DNA of 64,000 nucleotides, taken from the NCBI GenBank assembly GCA_051313645.2, contig JBNRSN020000010.1, positions 76,508,001 to 76,572,000 of the forward strand. The letters are read 5' to 3'. The notes under the pieces were generated by a model. The model did not search any database and was not told where the DNA came from. It saw only the letters and a list, made by a program, of their open reading frames with translations. Below are positions 51,060 through 64,000 of the stretch, in pieces; position 1 is the stretch's first letter; every line of letters starts with the position of its first letter. This DNA is from Centroscyllium fabricii. Its lineage: Eukaryota. Position numbers and translations under genes: made by a program.

Positions 51060-53448
51060 TAGATGGCATCTAAAGTTCAAGGGACGATGTTTCTTTAATC
51101 TATGAGCACTGGGCTCCATTTTCTGTAGATGTTCAACTCATTAAAGTATAATTGTGCACAACATATATATGAAACACCAAGCCTTGCTAAACATTCTCTT
51201 GTAGATGACAGACTTCGCAGGAGCATAAGGAAGAATGTGAAACACTTTTTATATTCTTTGATATTGCTTCTGGTCTGGTATTTTGAGAAACTATTAAGAA
51301 ATCACTTCATTAGTGAGCATGTTTCTGAACAAGAGGGCCAGAAGTGCACTTTCTGACCACGTGCTGTATATATCAAGTCTCCAAGTCATTGCTTTTAATA
51401 CTAACTATAGATGTACAGTTTAAATGTGAATGATGCTAATTTCTGTTTCAATTCTGTTAACCCATAAAAACAGGCTTTCTGGTTATTTTAATATACATTT
51501 ACGGGGTCACTAACTGTACCCATTGTGATAGGAGAATCTCAGATGTTAAGCTGAGTTATGTCAGTCAAGCCAATAGGGAAGTGGAGATATTACCTGCCAG
51601 TCCAGATTACATTGTTATCCCAGGTTGGAGACAGTGAGGGACTGTGTTTTAGGTTGTGTTTCACACGGGCGTTTTCCAAGTGCCAAGACTCTGAACATAA
51701 GATAATCTTAAGGATTTTAATTTTCTTGTTTAAAAGCAGAAGAATTCATTTTTTTAATGACAAATTCAAATGAATATATTGGTAAATCCAGCGGGAGTGT
51801 GGCAAAAGAGCCGGAAATTAACTGGGACGTGAACATGCCAGTCCCTGGGCCTTGCCCACCAGTTTCTGCCCCAAATGAGGCCATCCACATTAGAGGAGGA
51901 GGCTGGGGGTGGGGGGAGTGGGGGGTGGGGGGGGGTGGCGAGGCGGTGGAGTGTCAGACGAGAGGTGCTGTAGTATTGTGGGTGCCGGTTATTGATATTT
52001 TAATTAAGGATCTCCACCCGACCCCACATATTCCTATCAGGTCAGTTTCAGAGGTTCCGTGCAGGCGCATTCTGACACTTACGCAGGATTTGGCCTCTGG
52101 ACTTTCAGGGCCCTTACTTTACTATGTCACAAGTTGAAGTTCCACCTGTAACAACGATGCAATTGCCTCAGTCAGGTGAGTTCCATCAATTCTTTGCTTG
52201 ATGACACGACAAAGTAAATGCAGCAAGTGGGCGGCGAAAGAGGAACAAACTGACTCTGTCCAACATGCCCTGCTCAATTTGGATCTCTTGCTGGATATTT
52301 ATGGAAATGCTTTGATTCATAGATATGTAATGTTCATTCCACTTCCCCAGCTCAAAGAGGAAATGTGGCGCAAAACAATCTTTAAAAGGGACAAATACAT
52401 TAAATGGGAAGACATGAAAGTTCTGTATGTGAAAGAATCAGTTGGTATAAATAAGTGGGTACTGTGCAGTAATGTGTATACATAGGCTGTGGATATCTTT
52501 CTTTGTTGAAGGATTGTGTCTACTGCAGAAAACTACTGTTCCCAATTAGCTGGGAGTAACATTGTTATTTATTCTTTTCGTTAAAAGTTTAGTTATTTAG
52601 TTTTTGTTGTGAATACATTCAAAAAGTTTCAGTTTCCAAACATTTATAAGGTGTGTTTTTGAAAATCGCTAATTAATTTTGTTAAATATACTTATAAGTG
52701 GCTCTTAAGGGGTTAACCAAAAGAAAAGCTTTCCTGCTGAAATCACAATAAAGATTTACCATTTATATATTTTAAAAATTGATCCCATCTGATAACCCAC
52801 AGTTTCAACTCATTTGTTTAGCCACAAAGATAGGTTTTAATGCAAACTGAGATGCATTTGTTGAGCTGTTGCAATTTCTTTGTGTGAACTTTAAGCTCGG
52901 GGATGCTTTGTACAGTATGTGGGTCCAGTCCTACAGCTGGGAGGCAGCTGCTTCCTTTGTAACAGCATGTGCGCTGAAGTGTGCAGCTCCTGTCATCACC
53001 TGAATACCTTTAATCAAAAAAATATATTTCATTCCTACAGCAAGCGAACTTTGCCAACAGCATGTTCCACCTGCAAAATTAAGTGTATTTTGTCATTGTT
53101 TGGCCGACAAACTTTTATGCAAAGCAATAGGTTACATTATCAAATTGTGGTGAATTATTAAAAATATTAATAAGCTAGTAAATACAACCAGTAACTTGTT
53201 GGGCAGAGTTAATAAAATAGTTTCTCCAGTTATATGGAATGTAGGGCGAAACGTACATAAATGTGTCTTATCTGTGGATTCTTAGAGCTGAGCCCCTAAA
53301 AATGTAAGATCTAACCTTTGATTGATTCTCTCCCACTAAATGACACTGAATGTGGTGTTTTTGCATTCAAACAATTGCACTGAATAATTCATGATAAACG
53401 TACAAATATTTGTGCGGTTGTTAAAGAATGATAAAATAGAGAATCGTA

Positions 53449-53800
53449 ATAGCTGAGTGGGTTAATACACTTTGTGCTTGTGGCTCTGAGCTGCATTGAC
53501 CAGGAAGGTCCCAGGTTTAACCGGTGGGCTGTACTGGGTTTGTTTTATCTCAGTATTCAGGGCACTGCAATTGACTTCAGCATCCTCAGGCTTTCGTGGG
53601 GAAGGAGAAACATGCCAGGGATTCCTCTCCTGATTACTGATCCAGTAACCCCGGCTGGATAGTGCACATGTGGAGACGTTCAGCGAGGACAGAATCAGCT
53701 GCGATTTCCCTTGCTTTTCCTTCCCCATCCCGCCCCCCCCCCCCCCAGTAGAATAGTCACTTCCCACATATGAAGAACGGCCAGTTTGGATGAGGTACTG
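53449..53800 (+). mobile_element. Old tRNA-derived SINE remnant (same family as 5430-5730)
   Basis: TAGCTGAGTGGGTTAA...GACCAGGAAGGTCCCAGGTTTAACC head with A/B-box-like motifs. Confidence 0.5.
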
Positions 53801-54436
53801 TGGGGGGGGGGGGGGGGCGGGGGGCTGCCAGTGACGTCGATGCCAAGCTCTAACAATGAGTCACAGCTTCAGGAGAGAGAGAAAAAGGGAAAGAGGGAAA
53901 AAGTTTTACTGCATTGGTCAGTCTAAATTGTATTTGTGCAAAATTTTAGAATTTTTATTTAAAGTATCGGCATGCATACAGTTAATGAAATCACATGATG
54001 CCTTTACTGCAATAAAAATCCACATCAACCTGTACCGGCAAGATTTTACTGTTACACGGTTGGTGTGAAGTAAAATACTTGCATTGAGGTGGTCTCCAGG
54101 CACAGTATGCTTGTGCACTAATGACGGTGTCATGTAGGTACAGCATTGTACGATCAAGGCAGAAACCTGCACTTGTTTTAGCAGCGAATATTACCTTTTT
54201 TTTGCTCCCTGAATGCAACCTTTCATTTTAAACACCGGCTACAATTTGTCAGTATTTTGTACGGGAGATTTTTACGAGGGATTCAAGAACAGAAATGAAA
54301 AGCAAATTGATTCTGATAGCAGGACGCAGACACAGATTGGTAGCAGCCCTCTGTATTGTCTTTATTTCTTCCTGTGGGTGTAAATGCAAGGTACAGGTGT
54401 GACTTAACAGAGGGAAAAAAGACCAGCAGACAGGCT

Positions 54437-54600
54437 GGGGTAGCTCTTGACTTTGCGCGATAGTGTAAAATGGGTGGTAGGGAGAAGGCAGCCTCTTTTA
54501 CATTGAAGTCAATGGAAATAAAAATTGAGAGAGATGTGTAACAGGCTGCCAACTCATTCTCACCCGTTCTACACTGTTGCACAAAGTCAAGATTTACCCC
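54437..54600. mobile_element. Short palindromic MITE
   Basis: GGGGTAGCTCTTGACTTTGCGCGATAGTGTA pairs with TACACTGTTGCACAAAGTCAAGATTTACCCC; internal CATTGAAGTCAATG palindrome. Confidence 0.75.
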
Positions 54601-54795
54601 ACTGTCTTTTCCAGGTGGGAAAATGAAATCTGAATTCTGACACTTAGGTTCCAGCTGTTTTACTCTATCAAAATATAACTTTAAGGCCTTTCAGTGATAG
54701 GTACACAATAAGCTCCTGCTGTTAACCAGGCCATTTAGAAAAAGAGACAAGCAGAAGAGAGGTGTTCCCCCAAAGTGAGGGGAAAAAGTAACCTT

Positions 54796-55377
54796 GGGGT
54801 AGAAATGGGCCACAGCCTGTTTTTGGGCACATAACCAACGCAGACGGTGAGCACCCCAACCGGGAAGCTAGAGGCTCACCAGAAATTGGGCCTCTGACTA
54901 CCTTTCAATAACTCAGATGAGTTGCCAGTACTTCTGGCTCCAGAGACAGCTCGCCCATTGTGAACAGGTTTATTTTAGGCAGCAGCCCTCAGATAAGTCC
55001 TAAGGAGATCGCAGGTCGGCAGTGGTCCTTGGGAGTGCTGTAGAGCCGTGAGGAACAGTCCTGCTCCTCTTGGTTCTACATCAAATTTTTGGTGGGGGCC
55101 ACTTGCTAGGCCACAGCCACACCAGGAAAATCTGAGCGGAGATGGCCCAGTAGCTGCTCCGCTTTAGGGCAGCCCAATTTCCCAGAGGGGTCCTGAAACA
55201 GGCATTAGGCCCCTCATTGTCATGTGCAAGGGGTCAAATGGCTGTTTTATGTAGCCCCTCCCACCCCCGAAAGCTGAAAAATGGCCTGACCCAATATCAG
55301 GTTGAACATCTGTCAGGCAGCCTTGGGACCCTTGGTCCCCAAAATTTACGGGCGCAACATGGTCCAATTTCTACCCC
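54796..55377. mobile_element. Harbinger-like MITE (family B)
   Basis: TIRs GGGGTAGAAATGGGCC / GGTCCAATTTCTACCCC with 3-bp TSD CTT. Confidence 0.7.
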
Positions 55378-55578
55378 CTTTCCTTGTACACACATCCTGT
55401 GGTTGGTGTAATAGCTCGATTGGCCAGAGGTCCGGGAACTGGTCATCTGAGCACCACGTGAGTTGGGACATGGTGTGAAGTGCAGGGAGGCTGTAAAAGG
55501 GGGACGAAAATAACAAAATGGTTGAGCAATTTCTAGTAATGTCTGTATTACACGTAAATACTTTATTACAGTGGTATT

Positions 55579-56500
55579 GGCCTCGATATTAATCCACCAA
55601 GTTGGGCGGGAAAGTGTCGGAGGCGGGGGGCTGTTAAAAATGTGAAAACGGGGAAAGCACCCTCAACCCGCCGCCTATGCCCCTGCCGTCTTTTTTATGA
55701 TGTGGAGGTGCCGGTGTTGGACTGGGGTGGACAAATGCAAGAAGTCACACAACACCAGGTTATAGTCCAACAGTTTTATTTGAAATCACAAGCTTTCGGA
55801 GCGCTGCATCTTCATCAGGTGTGGCATTTTTATGGCATCTGGTTTCGCAACATCCAAGTGTCATGCCGTGAAGAGGTGGGGCACTTCATCAACATATTTA
55901 AATCAGTCTCCCACATTGGTAATTGGGAGCCTGATTTAAATTTAACAGGAGTTGCGCAGATTTCCCAGGGCTCGGGAAACCCGGCATTAAAAGAGAGGGG
56001 GGAGCTGCTGGCTGAAGAAGGTAAGTGCCTTTTACAGCAGGAGTGCTTCCCGTGGCTCCTTGAGGAAGCCTTCGGCCGTTGTGACCTGCCTCCCGCCCCC
56101 AATCTCCGGCTTCCCTCTCTCCTGATCCTTCTCTCTCCCCACCTCTCCCAGGCACCAATCTCTGGCCTTCTCCTCTCCCGATTGCCACTCTCTTTCCCCC
56201 CCCCCCCCCTCTACCACCTTCCACTCCCCCAAACCCATACCTAAGCCCTTCCCCTCTGCCAGTTGTTGGGGACTGTCCCTAGGTGTCCCCAGCTGTCGCC
56301 TCCTGCCACTGATTTTCCTGCCCAGCAGCCAGTCAGCCCGTCACTTCAGCTGGTTGCCGGGCGGGGGAAAGAAGAAAAAAATTAGAACAAGGTTCTGCCA
56401 TTAACTTCATCAGGACCTCCGTGCCCCAGCCTGGACCTGTACCGAGGCCGTTTTTGCCCTTCCCCCGCACCTTCCCTGCTTCCCTGTAAGTATTGGAGCC
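55579..56500. mobile_element. Harbinger-like MITE hosting a Penelope fragment
   Basis: Imperfect TIRs GGCCTCGATATT / TATTGGAGCC, 3-bp TSD ATT, GC-rich interior. Confidence 0.55.
55698..55822 (-). mobile_element. Penelope terminal-repeat fragment with a degenerate hammerhead
   Basis: Reverse complement of about 32425-32548; minus strand CTGATGA-AGATGC-AGC-GCTCC-GAAAGCTTGTGA (stem II mismatched). Confidence 0.85.
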
Positions 56501-56812
56501 ATTATCTCTTCAGTACACCACTTTGTACTTTATCCACCTGCTGATTTGACGATGACTTGAAGCAGGCACTGGTTTTACTATCCAGTAAAGCCAAGTGCTG
56601 TGTATGTAGATGTACTGATATGCATCATTGGTGAATTAAATTTCTTCTAAGACATTTATTTCCTTACTAATTGTCTTGTGTACAAATCTTAATCAACTGT
56701 ATTTTCTACTAATTGCCCCATAATCGAAAGGGAGGTAACTATGTCTTACTCGCCTCTTGTCCTGTTTTATGCTTTAGCACTGTTGATTAGAAACAGTATA
56801 AGAACAGACATT

Positions 56813-57591
56813 CGGGGGGATTTTGCGGGACGAGTGGGAACCTGGCGGGGATTGGTCGGGGCGGGTTCTTGACCCGCCCGGCCAAGGGCCTGGGAAGGCC
56901 ACACTATTTTTGACTAATTAGTCAATTAAAACCCCGCTTGCGGGGTGCCTGAGCTAATTGTAGCAGTCCGGCGGCCAATTACGGCGCTGAAACTGCACCT
57001 TGAGGGAAATGCGGGAACTGTTTGTTTACAGTTCCCATGGAAACACTCCACTGTGACCTCACAGTGAAGTGTGACCAATGGGGAAAGGCATGTGCTGCTG
57101 AGTGACAGGTGGGCGGGCGGGCTTCAAATTTTTGACAGAGAGCCAGCATCTGTCATTGGAGATGGGGAAGGCAGTTTTTGAAGTTTTTCCCCACAGCTGC
57201 TGCTGCCCTAAGGGAGTGACATACTCCTGCAGTGTGATGAAGGCCTGGGAAGCATTTAGCTCCAAGGCCTTCAACACCTGGAAGGAATGAGTTTTAAAAT
57301 CATTGTGCTCCCGCTGGGTGAAACCCAGCGGGGTTTAGGATGGCGGGGTTAGGGTGGAAAGGGGCTGAAAATCCCCAAGGGCCCTTAAAATGGCATTACA
57401 CATGCCAATTAAGAGCCCTTAATCATCTGATCAGCCATCCCCGCCGGCCGCCGGCGGGAAAGATTCGGGTCGGGGAAACAGGCCGACCGAAAATGGGAAA
57501 CTGGCGGGGAGGGGCGGGACCCGCCGGTTCCGCTATTTTGCCAGCTGGGCCGCCCAAAACCCCGCCTCACGGGGACATGAAAATACCCCCC
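56813..57591 (+). mobile_element. MITE family A copy 4
   Basis: GGGGGGATTTT...AAAATACCCCCC ends, ATT on both flanks, homologous to copy 1. Confidence 0.8.
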
Positions 57592-57730
57592 ATTGTGTGG
57601 CACTCCCCCTCACATGACGTGAAGGAGGAACAATCCAGTAGCATCATGGATTTGGGTAGACTGGATTATTGACAGTATTCTCCATTCATAATGTTCACTG
57701 GAGTAGATAGTCATGACATCACATGAGGGG

Positions 57731-58018
57731 TGTAGCATAGCTACCCGGGAAAGCCCCCGGGTCTTCCCTTTAAGCCACAATCCCCATTTTACAATCGGTC
57801 CCGCCTACAGTTTCCTATTGGGCAGCCGGCATCGCTGTCCTGGTTCCTGAGTGGCCTAAGGAACCGTCCATCGCTTTTCCCACGATGCTTCGCGCTTTTG
57901 CGCGCTTTTCCAACAGTCGTTGTACGGAGTTGATGAATAAAGACCTGTTTTACCTGTGCTCCCGTGCACTACGTTTCTCTGGTAAAAACCTTAAGTAGGA
58001 GGTTGGATAACCCCTACA
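57731..58018 (+). repeat. 5' LTR of Gypsy element 2
   Basis: TGTAG...CTACA termini, AATAAA at 57936-57941, ends 2 nt before the PBS. The left boundary is less certain because there is no partner LTR. Confidence 0.7.
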
Positions 58019-58031
58019 ATTGGTGACCCCG

Positions 58032-61000
58032 ATGTCAGACAACGAATTGTCTGACCCGAACACGCAAAACACGGCCGCCCCGGGTCCAGCCGCCGAACGG
58101 CCGTGGAACCTCAGGCTCCCCGCCTTCTGGGAACACCAAGCAGCCGCTTGGTTCCTCCAGGCGGAGGCCCAATTCGAGCTCCAGCGACTCAACAGCATGC
58201 CGACCGCTACCTCCTCGTCGTGGCAGCCCTGCCCAGCCAGGTCGCCGCGGACATCGTCGATCTACTGCAGCAACCGCCACGCAATAACAGGTACAGGGCC
58301 TTGAAAGAAAGCCTGCTACAGGCCCACGACCTGCCTGAGGATGTGCGGGCCCGGCAGCTTCTCGAACTTTCGGGACTGGGAGACTGAGCCCCCACGCGCC
58401 TTATGCATCGAATGCTGGCCCTGTTCGGCGACCACAAAAACTGCCCCTTGTTTCGGGTGCTGTTCACAAGCATGCTACCACAGTCGCTGCAAACAGCCTT
58501 AGCCAACTCAGAAGGCCTAACCTATGCAGAGTTGGCCATCGCAGCAGACCGCATCCAGCTCTGCGCGACCGCGGATTGCGCATCCATGAGGCTCTCTCCG
58601 CCCACACGCAGGCCTACGCCACAACCGTAGACAGGCCTCTGTTACTACCATGCAGGGTTTGGCCCACAGGCCCAGCGCTGCAGACCGCCTTGCTCCTTCG
58701 CGCCTAAACAATCTGCTGCAGCACCACGCCGCCGACAAGGCCCAGCTGCTGCCAACGCTGTCGGCACAGCAGGGAAGCTGCTTTTCGTCACTGACTCTCT
58801 CTCCGGGCGCAGACTCCTGTGCGACACCGGAGCCCAATGCAGCATCCTTCCAGCCATGCAGCTCGACCAACAGGCCGGCCACACCGGCCTACCCCTCGTG
58901 GCGGTCAACGGCGCTGCCATTACCACCTTTGGTAATCGCCAGGCAGAGATATGCCTTGGTGGCCAGCGTTTCACATGGGACTTTGTCACAGCCGCAGTGG
59001 AACAACCACTGCTCGGCGCAGATCATTTGTGTGCCCACGGCCTACTCGTAGATGTCCGAGGCAGACGCCTCATGGACGCTTCAACTTTCGCCTCCCTGCC
59101 CTGCCAACGGAGCAACAGCCAGACCCTCGTGAGCTCCTGCTCCTCTCCGCCCCATGACAAATACGCAAGGCTACTGGGTGAGTTCCCCAGCATCACGCAA
59201 CCAACGTTTTCGGCTGTGGTGGTCAAGCATGCCGTCCAGCACCACATCAGCACTACGGGCCCGCTGGCTTTCGCCCGTGCCAGGTGCCTGGACCCCACCA
59301 AAATGGCAGTGGCCAAAGAAGAGTTCTCAGCGATGGAGAAACTCAGAATTATCCGCCCCTCCAACAGCCCATGGTCGTCCCCACTCCACATCGTCCTCAA
59401 GCCCGGTGGCAGATGGCGCCCATGCGGGGATTACAGGTGCCTCAACGACATCACTATGCCGGACAGGTACCCTGTACCGCATATCCAAGACTGTTCAGCG
59501 CACCTGGCGGGAAAGTCGATTTTTTCCAAGGTCGACCACATCAGGGGATACCACCAGGTTCCGGTCCATCCAGACGACATTCCGAAGACGGCGGTTATCA
59601 CCCTTTTCGGACTCTTTGAATTCCTCCGCATGCCTTTCGGTTTAAAAAATGCGGCGCAGGTTTTCCAATGCCTAATGGACTCTGTCCTTCGGGACTTGGA
59701 CTTTTTGTATGTGTATCTGGATGATATATTGGTCGCGAGCGCAAACGAGTCGGAACACGTTGTGCATTTGCGCTCCCTCTTTCAGAAATTGGCCCATCAT
59801 GGCCTGATTATCAATCCGGTGAAGTGCCAATTCGGCCTAGCCAAGATTGATTTTTTGGGGCTCCACAGCTGGAGCCATCCCGTTGCCGGCTAAGGTCCAA
59901 GCGGTCACGGATTTTCCCTGGCCCACCTCGGTTAAGGTGCTCCAGGAATTTCTGGGTATGATAAACTTCTACCACCATTTCCTCCCCAACGCCACCGCCA
60001 TCATGCGCCCCTTGTACGAAGCCACCAGAGGTAAGACTGGCAAGGACAACCTGTCCTGGATAGCCGACATGGCAAAGGCCTATAGCCTAGCCAAGAGAGC
60101 CTTGACGGAAGCCACCCTTTTGGCCCATCCCATCCCGGGAGCTCCCCTGGCACTCACCACCGACGCCTCGGATCACGCCATAGGCGCAGTGCAACAACAG
60201 TGGGTGGACGGTGCCTGGCAGCCCCTCGCATATTTTAGCCGCCAACTGTGGAAAAATGAGCTCGCCTACAGCACCTTTGATCGTGAGCTGCTGACTCTTT
60301 TTCTCGCGGTGCGGCATTTCCGTTTCTCACTGGAGGGCCACCCGTTCACCGCCTACGTGGACCATAAACCCCTCATTTTTGCTATGGCCAAGGTCACAGA
60401 ACCCTGGTCAGGATGCCAACAGCGCCACCTGAATTTCATCTCGGAATTCACCACCGACATCCGCCACGTGTTCGGCAAGGACAATGCGTAGCCGACTGCC
60501 TTTCCCGGCCTTCCCTCCACGCGGTCCAGGTCAGTGTTGACTATGCGGACATGGCGCAGGCTCAGCGGGCAGATGCTGAACTGCAGTCTCTTTGTTCTGC
60601 GTCCACCGGCCTGACCCTGACGGACATTCATTTCCAGGCCGCCGGCACGAGACTCTTATGCGACACTTCCGTGTCCCATCCCAGGCCGTTAGTGTCCACC
60701 TCGTGGCGCAGGTGCATCTTTGACCTCATCCATGGCCTTTCTCACCTGGAGCATGCGAGCTTGCCAGAAGTTGATGTCCTCTTAATTTGTGTGGCCCGGC
60801 CTGCACAAAGACGTGCGGGACTGGACTAACACCTGTCCCGATTGTCAGCGCGCCAAGGTGCACGAACACACCAAGGCTTCCCTGCAACCCTTCCCGCTCC
60901 CCGAACGCAGGTTTGACCACGTCCACATGGATTTGGTTGGCCCCTTACCTCGCAGGGATTCACGCACCTCCTCACCATCGTCAACTGCACCACCAGGTGG

Positions 61001-61930
61001 CCGGAGGTCGTACCCTTGTCCTCCACTACCATGGCCGATGTGGCACGCGCCTTCATCTTTGCCTGGGTAGTCCAGTTCAGTGTCCCATCGGACATAACCT
61101 CCGACAAGTGCCCGCAGTTCACCTCCCAACTGTGGGGCCCCATTGCCGCAGGCCTGGGGACCAAGTTACACTGCACAACGGCCTTCCACCCCCAGGCCAA
61201 CAGTATATGCAACCGTTTCCACCACGCCCTTAAGGCCTCGCTCCGCGCCAGCTTGGCTGACACCAACTGGCTCGACAGACTCCCTTAGATCCTGCTTGGA
61301 TTGCGATCAGCGCCCAAAGACGACCTCGGCATTTCTTCGGCCGAACTCGTCCTGGGCCAACCCCTGCGCATCCCCGGGGAGTTCCTCCCCTCTGTCAATG
61401 AGGGTTGGTTGGCAGGCAAACAGCTAGCTTGACACAACGACGCAGCCCATCGTTTTCTTCCTGTGCCCACTTCGTCGCACGGCGTCCGGTCATCCTACGT
61501 GCCCACCGAGCTCTGCCAGGCCCAGTTCGTGTTCGTTCGCCACGACGCACACAAGACACCTTTACAGGCGCCGTACACCGGCCCCTTCTGTGTCCTGGAG
61601 GCGGGCGATAAAGCTTTTCTTCTCATGGTCGGTGGTAGATGGGACCTCGTGTCCATTGACAAGCTCAAAGAGGCCCACTCGGTCTGAGCAATGTCCTTCA
61701 CAACTGAGGCTACGCCGGGCCTGGCCCCTGTCGAACCCACCAAAAGGGTCCCGTCTCCCACACCGCCCCTGGTTCCCACACCAGTATCGCCCACAACTGC
61801 TACGCCCCTGCAGGCCCTCAGCCCCATCCATGGTACGCCCGTCCTTGCGTCACCTGCACCCGCGGGCTATCACACGCGCTCCGGCCGCCTGATCAAGCCT
61901 CCGCGGAGGTTGACCTACCACGTTCATGAG
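58032..61930 (+). pseudogene. Gypsy gag-pol with multiple frameshifts and stops
   Basis: LPAFWEHQAAAWF, CYYHAGFGPQAQRCRPPC, LCDTGA, YLDD, TDAS, HMDLVGP and APYTGPF motifs; clearly homologous to element 1. Confidence 0.92.
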
Positions 61931-62578
61931 GATTCTGGGGGGGCATATGTAGGGGCAGGTATACACTAAAACGCACGCTTCGGAGCTGCCTCTAATCAGC
62001 AGTTCTAAAGCCAGCTAATAGAGTAATGGAGAGACTCATAGGCCTACAGATATTCCCCTTGTTAACACTGGACTGTGTGAGAGTTCAGCACAGTAAACTT
62101 CTCCTTTACAAATGTTTGTTCTTTCAGGAGAACTTTTGAAAGGAGGGAACAAGTAACTCCTAGGATGTGTTTACCATCTTTTCACCTGTAAGGTTCTGAG
62201 TTCAAACCTGTTCCAATACACATACTGACCAAGCCAGAGTCACAACTCTTTAAAAGGGTAAAAATGCTTTCCAGTTTCAATGATAGTTACAATAGGATTC
62301 AGACCTTTTAAAAGTCTTATCGATGCTTGAAACTTCTAAAACTTAAGTCAGAAAGATAGTGAAAGAAAGGTGAATATTGGATTCCCATTTCTTAACTGTC
62401 ACTTTGATGTAAAGACATTATTAGTAAATGAAGGTATATTGATTGTGGCTTAGGGGTCAGGATTAACCAGAATGGTCACTGCTCTGTTGAAGCAGTGGGT
62501 ATTCTGCCTTGCAGCTATGGCCTTTTTGGAGGTCAGGTGCCCTGTGCCCGTTTGCACAGAGGAATTAGACAGAACATG

Positions 62579-62870
62579 NNNNNNNNNNNNNNNNNNNNNN
62601 NNNNNNNNNNNNNNNNNNNNNNNNNNNNNNNNNNNNNNNNNNNNNNNNNNNNNNNNNNNNNNNNNNNNNNNNNNNNNNNNNNNNNNNNNNNNNNNNNNNN
62701 NNNNNNNNNNNNNNNNNNNNNNNNNNNNNNNNNNNNNNNNNNNNNNNNNNNNNNNNNNNNNNNNNNNNNNNNNNNNNNNNNNNNNNNNNNNNNNNNNNNN
62801 NNNNNNNNNNNNNNNNNNNNNNNNNNNNNNNNNNNNNNNNNNNNNNNNNNNNNNNNNNNNNNNNNNNNNN
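62579..62870. other. Assembly gap (N run)
   Basis: 292 consecutive N. Confidence 0.99.
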
Positions 62871-64000
62871 GCTGGAGAAGATGCTGGGAGGTTATTTTCC
62901 CCCTGTCCTGCAGGGCTGTGTTTTAGTGTAAAAAACCTTGGCAGAAGCATCCACCAGAGCACTCCTTCCACACGCAAGTCAAAAGTTTCACTTTGTTTGG
63001 CTCCTACTCAGCCTTGACATTTCCCAGTTTATTGACGAACGATTACGTTCCCCTATGACTGAAGTAATGTGAGAATTTTCCCATCTGGCTGTGCTAATAC
63101 AAACAAGTATACAACTAAAACCACTGTAGAATTCAATGCAAGTTCTCTTCATTGTCCTTCCATTTTTTAATACATTATTTTAAAGCTTTTTTTTGCTCCA
63201 CTCTTTGTGAAGGCCAAACTGTTCTTGTACTACAGTAATCCCTTCCTTAAGCAGTATTGTTTTTCACATCAAAAAGACTAATTGAATTATCTCATTAATT
63301 TAATTTGTTAAGCAAATGTATTTCACTATCGCAGGATGTGCTCTTGCAGGGAGGGTCCTAAGACTTTCCTTCTGAATGGGTCATTGCTGCATTCTAGCAT
63401 TCATGCATTCATTAGCTTTGTCGGAAGAAAGGAACATTGGTTGTTTTTTTTCAAACAACCAAGCAGCATGGAGCAACTTTTCCATCAACCGCAGGGGTCT
63501 TTCTACATATGTTCTCAACTCTGAGCCATTGTCACCTCCTCTGAACAACTCTGAGGGACAAAAACAACAAAAGCCGGCCACAACAATTCCCAGCAGTTAG
63601 TTTAATGCAGCAAAGGGGGGAAAAAGTAAAGTATAGTTTCCACTCGTTATTGGTTGTTTTCATTTTTATAGATTGTTTTGTTACTGTGAAGAAACCTTTT
63701 AGTGTTGCAGCTCATAATGGGGTGGGGGAGGGGTAGTGATATATGGAAGGTGTTTTTTTTTAACATGTAGATATTTTACTATTAGGGTTTCCGAATTCTA
63801 AACATTGAAATGTATGAGACTTGAGTTTTGCCCTAATATGTGAATAGAGTGAGCCATGTAGCAATGCATAACACACATGCCAGATGCAGGACACTTGGAG
63901 ATGCTGGAATTTTACACTTGCATTCCCTTGTAGTTGTGCTATGCCAATGAAATCAGAATTAAACATCATCGAAGCGGGTGCATTCTTTTTTGATATTGCC

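Larger units (their letters stand above)
57731..61951 (+). mobile_element. Second CsRn1-like Gypsy element, sense to MEIS2, decayed, 3' LTR almost absent
   Basis: 5' LTR TGTAG...CTACA; PBS TGGTGACCCCGA (58021-58032); gag-pol remnants; PPT GGATTCTGGGGGGG (about 61930-61943) followed only by TGTA and GGGG. Confidence 0.93.

Noticed and set aside
62450-63017. ORFs spanning X residues
   Set aside because: Artefacts of the 292-N assembly gap.

Overview
Eukaryotic (vertebrate) genomic DNA, most likely a shark or ray, judging by an HE1-type V-SINE, SacSINE-like tails and the CR1/L2/Penelope repeat content. The window lies inside a MEIS2 (TALE homeobox) gene on the + strand. It holds three coding exons (908-1057, 16113-16230, 50857-51002) with canonical AG/GT ends and compatible phases, separated by introns of about 15 kb and 34.6 kb; the next homeodomain exon lies beyond the window. 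The introns carry two CsRn1-like Ty3/Gypsy LTR retrotransposons (tRNA-Trp PBS, CHCC gag motif, 4-bp TSD). One is young and nearly intact; the other has lost almost all of its 3' LTR. Also present are a four-level nested L2>MITE>CR1>CR1 insertion, a 5'-truncated Penelope-like element, Penelope-type fragments with minimal hammerhead ribozyme motifs (one inside a 90-bp-arm hairpin), and many TIR MITEs. The most notable observation is a repeated Harbinger-like MITE family carrying a fixed-spacing module inside MEIS2 itself: PBX-MEIS/PREP decamers TGANTGACAG, a CCAAT 19 bp away, an RFX-like X-box and a CRE-like site. Most ORFs in the six-frame track are spurious or antisense shadows of GC-rich transposons. 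Family assignments come from motif recognition only; no database search was run.
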